Positions 48,770 to 58,445 of a stretch of 64,000 nt of DNA are shown piece after piece. How positions within the stretch are numbered: the stretch's first letter is position 1; each line of letters starts with the position of its first letter. The notes under the pieces are model-generated. The model made no database searches. It worked only from the letters and a program-made list of their open reading frames with translations, and was not told the origin of the DNA. A program made the position numbers and the translations under genes. Origin of the DNA: Schizochytrium sp. TIO01 (lineage: Eukaryota; Protista; Bigyra: Labyrinthulomycetes). The stretch lies in contig SMSO01000008.1 in assembly GCA_004764695.1 (NCBI GenBank), positions 372,001 to 436,000 of the forward strand. Direction: 5' to 3'.

Positions 48770-51313
48770 TTAGTAGACGTCACGGTTCACGCCAAAGAGG
48801 GGCTGGGGGAGGAACTCGACAGGCAACTTCATGCCGAAGGTCTCGATCTCGAGCTCATCACCGGCGTTGAAGGACTCGTTGAGGGTGTAGCCGATGGCGA
48901 TGGTCTTGCCAGTGATGGCACCGCGGGAAGCAGTGGTGGTGTAGCCAACGACGGTGCCGTCGGACTTCTTCATGATGGGGGAGTCACCAATGATGGACCA
49001 CTCCCAACCCTTGGGGGTCTCGATGGTGAACATGGCAGACTCGCGCTGGGGCACGTACTCGTCGCTGACGTCCTTGCCCAAAAATCCGCGCTTCTTGGCG
49101 ACGAACGGCATGATGCCAGCCTCCTTGTAGTGAGCAAAGTCAAGATCGGCACGGAACTTGAAGCCCTTCTCGATACGGAGGGAGTCGATGGCAGAGGAAC
49201 CAACGTGCTTGAGGTCGCTCTCCTTGGAAACCTTGTTGTTCCAGATGTACTCGTGGAGAGCAGGGCCGTCGTTGGACTCGAAGTGAAGCTCGTAACCCAT
49301 CTCACCGGTGAAGGAGACGCGGGTAACACTGACATCGAAGCCGAGGCCACCGAAGTTCTCGATCTTGCGGGCACGCATGAAGTTAAGACCCTTGGTGCGC
49401 TCATCGAGGGAGGCCATGATGGGGCCGGTGAGGGGACCAGCAAGGTGAAGCACATCAAGGTCGTCAGTGATGTCCTTCATCTCGATGTTGTAGTTGCCAA
49501 GGCGGGCACGGTCGCCGAGCCAGAGCATGTCCTGGCGGACGAAGTCACGGCCACCAACGAGGTACCAGTCGCTGCCCTCCTTGTTCATGCGGGTAATGGT
49601 GAACTCAGTCTGCACACGTCCCTTGGGGGTGGTAGCGTAGGTAAGACGGCAGGCCATGTCGGTCTCGTCATCCTTGGTGGTGGGGAGAACACCGGTGGTG
49701 ACCTCCTCCATGAACTTCTTGGCGTCCGGTCCGGAGACGCGGATCTTGGAGAAGGAAGAGTAGGAGAGACCGGCCTTCTCGAGGATGTGCTTGGCCTCAG
49801 CCTCGGCGTACGGGGCCCACTTGAAGTTGCTGAAGAGCTTCTGGTTGTGGAAGTCGACCTCCTCGACGGACTTGTCCGGGATGTACACGAGGGGCACCTC
49901 GCAACCAGCACCAGCGTAGCCACCGAAGCGGGCGCCGTGCTTGGCGAAGACGTCGTGGAGAGGGTAAGGGGCCTTCATGAGGTCCTTGCCACCCTGACGG
50001 TTCTCGTGGTTGTACACGATGGCGTTGTTGTGGGTGTAGGTCTCGGTAATCTTGGCGACGGTCCAGTCGTCCTTGGCCCAGCTGCCGTAACGGAGCGGGT
50101 CAAAGTAGGCGGAGGCGTCGAAGCTCTTGGGCTGCTCACCCTCGAGCATGATGTGTCCGAGGTACTCGGAGAGAGCGAGGGACTGGGCAATACCGTAGGT
50201 GAGCGAGTTGAAGTCGTACCAGCCCGGGATTTGGGTCTTACCGGCGCGGGCAAGGGAGTCACCAGTCCAGATGGTGGGTCCGTTCACAACGGTCTTGAAG
50301 CCGACCTCGCCGAGGCAGGGCACGAGCTCCATGCCGAGCATGAGGTTCTCCTCAATGCGGTCGAGCATGTCCGGGTAGAGCTCCATGATGAAGTCGGACG
50401 GGGGTCCGCGAGGGAGGTCAGTGCGGACGACGCAGGTGTTCTCGTAGGGTCCGATGAGGAAGCCGTGGCCCTCCTGGCGAATGTAGGAGGAGCCCTTGAG
50501 GTCACGGAGGACGGGGAGACGGCCGCCGTTGTGGCCAGCCTCGGCGAGCTCACGAACCTGGGGCACGACCTCAGTAATGGCGTACTGGTGCTCAATGACG
50601 AAGGCAGGGTGGTTGAGCTTCTCAATGCCACCGGGGACCATGTCGGTCACGTTGCGGGACCAGAGACCAGCGGCGTTGACGATGGTGTCGCACTCAATGG
50701 GCTCGGCGTCGCCCTTGACGTGGACGGCGAAGCGGTTGCCGGGGGTCTTGGCCTCGGTGATCTTGACAACCTCGGCGTTGAGGCGAAGGTTGGTACCCTG
50801 CTCGCGAGCGATGCGGGCGACGGTGTTGGTGAGGGAGGTGGGGTCGACATCACCATCGTAGGGGGTGTAGAGACCGCACTCGACCTGGTCGATGTCGAGG
50901 AGAGGGTGAAGAGCCTTGACCTCCTCGGCACTGATGAGGGAGGTGGGGTAGGCGGGGTCATCGAAGAGCTTGGCCATGGCAAGGTGCTGCTTGGCCTCGA
51001 GGAGGCGGTCCTTGTTGCCCTTGTCAACGATACGGATGGAACCCGGGGTGTGGAGACCAACGTTGTACTTGTCGTGGAGCTCGGTCATGAGCTCGAGGGA
51101 GCGCACATGGATCTTCTTGAGCTTGGGGGATCCGGCAAAACGGGTCACGAGACCGGCGGCGTGCCAGGTGGAGCCACTGCAGAGCTGGCCGGCCTTCTCG
51201 AGGAGGGTCACCTGGACTCCGCGCTCAGAGAGCACCTTGGAGATGGTGGCACCAGCGACACCACCACCGATGACGACCGCCTTGCGCGGCGCCTCCCACT
51301 TGGCGTAAGACAT
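48770..51313 (-). CDS. DMGDH: Dimethylglycine dehydrogenase-like flavoprotein (divergent)
   Basis: 847 aa from the ATG at 51313 (context GCCAAG-ATG; biased codon usage starts here; an in-frame ATG at 51502 would add 63 aa). VVIGGGVAG, GSTWHAAGL...KLKKIH (DMGDH type), PVLRDLKGSSYIRQE, LIGPYE, VVNGP, KGRVQTEFT, SFTGEMGYELH, DSLRIEKG. Family is secure; exact substrate is less so. Confidence 0.8.
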   Translation of the reverse strand: MSYAKWEAPRKAVVIGGGVAGATISKVLSERGVQVTLLEKAGQLCSGSTWHAAGLVTRFAGSPKLKKIHVRSLELMTELHDKYNVGLHTPGSIRIVDKGNKDRLLEAKQHLAMAKLFDDPAYPTSLISAEEVKALHPLLDIDQVECGLYTPYDGDVDPTSLTNTVARIAREQGTNLRLNAEVVKITEAKTPGNRFAVHVKGDAEPIECDTIVNAAGLWSRNVTDMVPGGIEKLNHPAFVIEHQYAITEVVPQVRELAEAGHNGGRLPVLRDLKGSSYIRQEGHGFLIGPYENTCVVRTDLPRGPPSDFIMELYPDMLDRIEENLMLGMELVPCLGEVGFKTVVNGPTIWTGDSLARAGKTQIPGWYDFNSLTYGIAQSLALSEYLGHIMLEGEQPKSFDASAYFDPLRYGSWAKDDWTVAKITETYTHNNAIVYNHENRQGGKDLMKAPYPLHDVFAKHGARFGGYAGAGCEVPLVYIPDKSVEEVDFHNQKLFSNFKWAPYAEAEAKHILEKAGLSYSSFSKIRVSGPDAKKFMEEVTTGVLPTTKDDETDMACRLTYATTPKGRVQTEFTITRMNKEGSDWYLVGGRDFVRQDMLWLGDRARLGNYNIEMKDITDDLDVLHLAGPLTGPIMASLDERTKGLNFMRARKIENFGGLGFDVSVTRVSFTGEMGYELHFESNDGPALHEYIWNNKVSKESDLKHVGSSAIDSLRIEKGFKFRADLDFAHYKEAGIMPFVAKKRGFLGKDVSDEYVPQRESAMFTIETPKGWEWSIIGDSPIMKKSDGTVVGYTTTASRGAITGKTIAIGYTLNESFNAGDELEIETFGMKLPVEFLPQPLFGVNRDVY

Positions 51314-53570
51314 CTTGGCGAAACTTGTTCTGCTACAGCTGTTACTGCGAGCAGGAGCTCTTGGCTTCTTGAGCTCTGGACTTGTGTTTGGGGTTTGCTG
51401 CTGCCGCAAGTCTCCTGCTGCCTGATTCTGAGTCCTCCTCTTCTTAGTCTTTCCAAGATCTCCAGCGCTTGTAAAACCAATTCTTTCCTTTTCTTTTACC
51501 ATCCACTCCTAGGACCTAGCTACCTGCCTACTACGCCCCCCCAAACAAAAAAGAAATATAGCAACTAATCAAATCCGAAGTGCTTTTTGCTCTTTCTTCC
51601 CTCTAAGACCTCCTCCTTCTTTTCTTTTCTTTTCTTTTCTTTGCTTTTCTTTTCTTTGCTTTTCTTTTCTTTGCTTTTCTTTGCTTTTCTGTTCAAACAT
51701 CACACAATTCTTTTCAGGAAAGTTATTTTTTTTTTAAATAAACAACAACAACAAAACTACTTAATTAATTAATTAACAAATACACAAATATAAGTGCTAT
51801 CAAACAAACACTTTGAAGCAGTTGCCTTCAGCGCTAGAGCTCGTTAGGATCTTCGTAAGTGAGGTAGTTGCTATCTATTCATCCATCTATCTATACGCTG
51901 TACTCATGATGATTTATTCTTTTATTCTGACGATCATTTATATGCTGTCTCTTTCATCATTCACTCTTGTGGGCATTTTTACCATTAACAATCAAATTTA
52001 ATTTAAGAAAAAAAAAAAAAAAAGTCTGTTTGTTTTTTGGTCTGTAGTACAACAGCACCAAATAGCAATAAAAAAGGTGTTTGCAATTGTGGTGCAGTCG
52101 ATGATACGTTGGATACTCCGCGCTCCACTGATCGGCGCCCACTTTAGCCTTAGCCTGTGGGGCGATTTCTCTGCCTTCACCCAAAGCAGGGTTGACAGTC
52201 TTCTTCTGCTGAGCAGAGCGAGTTTCCCGCCGCTTAAACACTCATCTTCATAATAATAAGAGAATAACAAGCAAACTTCGCCACTGCCTTTTCTTTCTTT
52301 CTTTCCTGCGTCAACATTCCACATACTGTGTATAAACTAGAGGGAATAATCAATCAAAGATACACTGGAGTAAGAGATGGCGAAAGCAGAAAAGCGCTTC
52401 GTGCCTCCTCTAATAAACAGGTCCTTTCCTTCCTTTCCTTCCTTCCTTTCCTTTCTTTCCTTTTCTTTCTTCGAAAACACAGCCGCTTTGGCGAAGAAGA
52501 GAAAAGGGGCCTTCGAGCTTTTCTTTTCTGCGATTCTGCGGTCGCCAAATTCGCAAACTCACTAACCAAACGATCAATCGATCAACGATCAATGGATCAA
52601 TCGATTAGTCAAGCCGATCAACGGCGTAGCTCCTGAGCCAGCGGCGCGTGTTGTTGCCATCGTGGACAGACAGACAGATTCACGGAGCTTTCCTTCGTCG
52701 TCTTGGTCTCTTCTACTTCAGAGCAGCCACTTCAAAGGAAATTAATTGCAAAAGCACTGATCGCCAAAATTCTCTCAACGAGGGCGGCGAAGAGAAGGAA
52801 GGCCAACTACAGTTGCGCAATGTACTCTCTCCTCTTGATCTGAGGACCTCTCAGGCCCAAGGGTCGCGAGCTTTGCTTACGTGCAGCAAAGAGCCTTCCT
52901 ACATTCTGTCTTTCTGTTTTTCTTTCTCAATTCTATTTCAGGCAAGCTATCGGTTTGATTCAAGGTATTTATTTATTGATTGATGATTGATTTATTGATT
53001 GATTTATTGATTTTTCATCCTTTTTGTTTTAAAATTTTAAAATGTGATAGGCTTTTTGATTTATTACCTTTGTCTCAAGGCGAATGAATCGAGTGAGAGT
53101 GAGTGAGTGAGAGTGAGTGAGTGAGTGAGTGAGTGAGTGAGTGAATATTTGTATGAAAAGGACACGCGTACTGTGCTGCACTGTATCTTCTTGCTCTATT
53201 CCCTGCTGCTTGGGAGTAGTAGCCAGGCGGGAAGAAAGTGCTCATGGCTTTCACTCGAACAAATTGCGGGAAAGCAGATGAAAACAAAACATAAAGAGTG
53301 GGGCAGGCACCTCCGAGAAGAACGAATGTTTATTTAATTTAAAGAAAAGAAAAGAAAAGAAAAGAAAAGAAAAGAAAAGAAAAGAAAAGAAAAGAAAAGA
53401 AAAAAAGAAAGAAAAAAACTCCACGCGCGACTTTTGCCCCGGTCCACTCTAGCTTGTATCAAACCCAGCAGCGCAAAATCGCCCCAGCCGCACGAATTGC
53501 GGAATAAAAGAAAAGAAAAGGAGGAGGTCATGAAATAAAGTTCGCACTACTATCTTCTTCTTTCTTTCTT

Positions 53571-53617
<47 letters not shown>

Positions 53618-53927
53618 ATCTTTCTTTCTCTCTCTCTCTTTTCAACCCGTACTTATGGTCATAAAAATGAGCTAAGCAACAGAGAGATAGATCTAAAAGC
53701 CCACCAAAAGCGAGTGACTAGACAAGACAAGACAAGACAAGACAAGAGAAGAAGAGAAGTCGAACTTCATCTCTTCTGCCCTCTAAAAGCTTCTTCTCTG
53801 AAGAACGAGGGGCATGAAGACAGTTTCTGAAGCCCTTCGACGTTTGGCACTTCCCCAAAACTCTGCTTCATTCCACTACTGCGCTCCTCCCTCCGCTCCG
53901 CCTGATGAATAAATGGATGACTAAACG

Positions 53928-54000
53928 GATGAATGAATGAATGAATGAATGAATGAATGAATGAATGAATGAATGAATGAATGAATGAATGAATGAATGA
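53928..54000. repeat. (GAAT)n microsatellite
   Basis: Read directly. Confidence 0.95.
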
Positions 54001-54785
54001 GTAAATCAGAAACAGCAGCGATGCGTGAATCAATGAAATTTGCGGCTCATGTATCTAATAATGCTCGTGAACCCGCGCGACGACTTTTCAATGGATCTCA
54101 CTCAGGACAAGAATCATTTCGCTCATCCGTGAATGCAGAAATAAATCCCAATGAAGAAGAAGAAGAAGAAGAAGAAGAAGAAGAGGCTTTCGTTACTTCG
54201 ATAGTTAGTTAGTTAGTTGGTTAGTCAGTTAGTTGTGCACCTCCGCGAGAGTGCGATCAATGTGTGATGCTTCACGGGATCGAGATCGCTGCGAAGATCG
54301 ATCGCGCTGACGACTGACTTCAGCCTTTGCTCGCGAGTATCGTTGGTGTCGCGTGGATGGGTTTCCACGCGCGAACTAACTCGCTCAGTCAGGTCCATGC
54401 ATGGAATCGGCTGACCTCTGCGATTTTATGATTGAATTGAATGATTGTTTATTTATTTATTTATTTATTTATTCATTCATTCATTCATTCGCTCCTTGTT
54501 AATGAGCTCAGAAAATGGAGTCTCCGTCGAGAAAGGAGCACACTGAGAACCTGCACCCATGCAAGAAAAGAGAAGAAAGCATAAGAAAGGAGCGAGAGCT
54601 GATTATTGCGTAAGTTACGCAGAGAAACAGCGACAGTTTGGATGAGGAGGAGGAAGCAGTGAATTGATTTGCTGATTGAGATCGATCGCCTTTACTTTTG
54701 GAACAGCGTTGTGCCAATCTTCTTACTTAGCCTATCCTTTTTCTTTTCTTTTTTTTAACAGAATGCCTTTATCTTCAAGATATAT

Positions 54786-54821
<36 letters not shown>

Positions 54822-57800
54822 AACAATGACGAATTGAGTCAACTCTTTTGTTGGTTAGCTTTTTCTTGTTATTGTTGTTGTTGATGATGATGATGATGAT
54901 GATGACCTTTCGCCTGAAAAGATGCAGAGGAGAGAAAACAACGAATCGACCACCAAAGCGAAGTGACTTCAATGTGGCTTTTTTCTTTCTTCGCGCAAAC
55001 CTTGCCTGGCTGCGGGCACTGCGCCATATCCCCCTTATCTGCTGCTGTGGTGATACCAGATCTGCCGAGAGGAGCGCTGTGGGGAACTTTTTCAATTCCT
55101 AGCCTTTTCCTCGTGTGCTTTCTTTCTTTCTCTCTCTCTCTCTCTCTCTCCATTGCTCCTTCCGCCACGGCACAGCATGAGCAACTCCAAACAACAGGCG
55201 AACGAAATGCAAAAGCACCCCACCTCTCTCTCTCTCAACCATCGCCACCATAACAGACACGCCTGCCTCAGCCTTTTCCAACTGTGAATCAATCTCCAAA
55301 CGATGTTTTCTCTCGAAATCGAGTAATAAGTCAGTCTAGCGCTCTGTGTTTCTTTTTTCTTTTCTGTGGTTCGTTCTCTTTCCCTCCCTCCCACTCAAAC
55401 AAGAGAGAAGAAAGCAGGTGCATTGCAAGAGCGGGTTCCCCCTAGGGAACTGCTATGGTTTAGGTTAGGTGGTCACGGGGCCGAGCGCCGCCGTGGTCTG
55501 CGTGAAACTAACTAACTAACTAACTAACTAAATAACTAACTAACTGAGAGGCAATGAATGCATATGCATTGGAGAGCGCTCGTTCGCCTGCGCGAGGCCC
55601 TCTGTAGCCGCCTGCAAGATCGTGCAGGAACGCCGCGGCGCCAGAGCAGTACCGCCGCCACCACCCGCTTGGCCGCCAGGTCTCCTCTGTGGTCACGCAC
55701 CAGCGGGAACTGCGATGGATTCGTTCGCTCACTCGAAGGAGCCCCAGCGAGGCAGGCGTGGGGATTAAGGGCCATCATGGTTGAAATGCATTTTTATTTA
55801 CTATGCATGTATGTATGTATGTATGTATGTATGTATGGATGGATGGATGGATTGATGGATTCCCTGTAAGCTCTTGAGAAGGTGAGATTTGCATCATTGA
55901 TTGGAGGTGTGCATTGCTGTCGTTGTCGCTGTCGCTGTCGATCGTAGAGATTGGTGGAGAATGTGTCTGGCGAGATCGTGGAGCGGATGGGATGCTGCTG
56001 CTGCTGCTGAAGAGTAGGTGTATATTTATTCATTCATTTATTGATTTATACTTTGGAGATCTGGCTTCAAGTTTGTGCATTCTTCGAATTGCGTGCTTAG
56101 ACACACACATGGCGGTGCTTTGGATCTTGGGGTCGGTGCGGATTGCGGAGCTCGCCACCAGGACGTGAAGGTTGGGGATCCAGCGTTCGATACAGACTCC
56201 GAGTGCACAACAAATAAACGAACGAAGTAACGAACAAACAAACAAACAAACACACACACAAACAAAACAAAGGAAGGAAGGAATGGGTAGGAACCCAACT
56301 GCATAGAAGAACTCGGGTTCTTAAGAAAGTCGCAAAATAAATAAAACCCCAGGATCTTCACCTCCTCTGAAGCACCGACTATCGCCAGGCGTTCAGGTTG
56401 GCCACTGCCATGGTTACATCACAATATTCCATCCATTGCAGCTCCTGATGTGCAAAAAACCTCACTGCTGCCTCGCCGGAAATCTCAAGACTGACTTGTG
56501 GTGATGCCTTTCCTTTTCGATGATCAGGTTCGCAGAAAGCTAGCGAGTACACCTGACCCGGCGAGAACCTTTGCTTGATCTACTGCTACGAGTTCCATTC
56601 GCGGGTCAGAACTGCTTCGTTTGTAGAAGAACGAATGAAGAGCGGTCACGAAATTGACTAGCTAGCTAGCTAGCTAGCTGCTGCTGCTGCTGCGCCACAG
56701 GGCTTTCTCGCAAGCCGAAAGATCGCATTCATTGCAATGGCTGCTGACGTCGCAGAGTGCTTTCGACAATGCCTGCAATCTATCGATCTATCGATCTTTC
56801 TCTGCGGCTTTTCTGATCTCGCTATTTCACTCGCCTCCCGCACTTCAACGCATTGGTTGAACCCAGAACGGAATACCCAATCTTATCCCAGCCATCGAAC
56901 TCCTTTCGAGCAGTATCAATCGATCTGTCAAACTTAATTCATTCATTCATTCATTCACTCATTCATACACAATTGAGCAGTCAGCCTCTCTTCCTCTCAA
57001 AGAGCTCGCGCAGAGAATCCCCGCAGCGGACAGCACTGTGGGCCGGGAGAATACCCGCGGGGAGCCGCCCGGTGCGAGCGCCAGGTCCTGTTTGCGCTTG
57101 CCACCCGTGCCTTCGCTGGCGAGGCGAATTCAAGTTTTCCACGTTTATGAAGGTAATTAATTAATTAATTAATTTATCAATTAATCAATCCTTCTTTGTT
57201 TATTTGTTTGTTTGTTTCTTTGCTTGTTTGCTTCAAGCCGGCGGAAACTTAATTAGCCAGCTGGGCAGTTCGTAAGCCCCAAAGGCCCGCTCTTTCGTGG
57301 CCCGCGAGCGGCTCCGAGCAGTCCTCTGATGCTGCGATCATGAATGTCATTAGCTGCTGCTATTTATCTCCCCACTCACTTCTTCGATGCGACTCTTCAT
57401 TCACCTGTTTGACGATGTGTTTTATTTTATAATTAAATTGAAAAACCACAGACAGTCTCGCGACTGATTTACAGAACTTCATTTTTAGTTAAAATAATTA
57501 CTCTTGTTCTCACTATTTTACTTTAAGTGAAGGTGAAAAGGCTATAGAATAAACTATCAAATTCAATTTAGTCTCTGAATCATAAATAGTATTCTCAATT
57601 TTAATTTGCTTTTTTAACGCGGAAAGGACGAATGAGAGTTTTTCCCGCTCCCAGGTTATTTATTTCCCGCGATCTCGCCAGATAGACGCACGGCTACCCT
57701 AAACGCTAGCACCCGTGCGATGGTCTTCTTTTCTTTTCTTTTTTCCTTTTCTTTTTTCCTTTTCTTTTTTTCTTTCCTTTTTTCCTTTTCTTTCCTTTTC

Positions 57801-57861
57801 TTTCCTTTTCTTTCGTTGAGTCGTAGTTTCACAGTTTCAAAGTTTCGAGGATTGATTGAGT

Positions 57862-57892
57862 GATCGATCGATCGATCGATCGGTCGATCGAT
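57862..57892. repeat. (GATC)n self-complementary microsatellite
   Basis: GATCGATC... with one variant unit; abuts the GC-rich island at 57893-58070. Confidence 0.9.
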
Positions 57893-58371
57893 GGAGGGCC
57901 CGCCAGCGGCGCTCTGGAGCATCGAGCAGCGCGCCCGAGAGACGGCGTGGGGCTCCCGGGGCTGCGCCGGACCGCCTCCCTGCGCCGCTGGCGGTCGAGG
58001 ATCGTGGAGCTGCTCGCTGCCGCCCGCGGGAGCCTTCCGGGGCCGGCTTTGCGGCACGCACGGATGTCCAGTTTGCTTAATTTATTATCATTACTTTTTT
58101 TCAATTACTTATTTTTGGCACTCACTTCGCACCGCTTATTTGCATAAATTATCATTATGTAAATCTGTAGAGTGGTCTTCATTTTTCTTTCCACTCCATT
58201 ACGTTCGAAACGATGTGCTCTGCAGAAGAGGCAAAAGTATCCGCGGTTCAACGAAGTTCGATGGTGATGGATGAATGAATGTATGTATGTGTGTATGTAT
58301 GTATGTATGGATGGATGGATAAACGACAAGCGAATGCGGAATGAATCGATGAATGAATGAATGAATGAATG

Positions 58372-58372
<1 letters not shown>

Positions 58373-58445
<73 letters not shown>
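58373..58445. repeat. (GCTT)n microsatellite
   Basis: Read directly. Confidence 0.95.

Noticed and set aside
48749-51568. 939-aa + strand ORF antisense to the DMGDH-like gene
   Set aside because: Same codon-bias shadow effect; non-ATG start.
42505-58070. Glycine or cobalamin riboswitch resemblance in the GC islands (GAGGCAC..CAGG; AGGGAGGCGGTCCGGCGCAGCCCC on the minus strand)
   Set aside because: The complete cores are missing (GGAGA...CCGAAG...CUCUCAGG; GCAACUGU and the B12 box), and only TPP riboswitches are established in eukaryotes. Kept only as unclassified elements.
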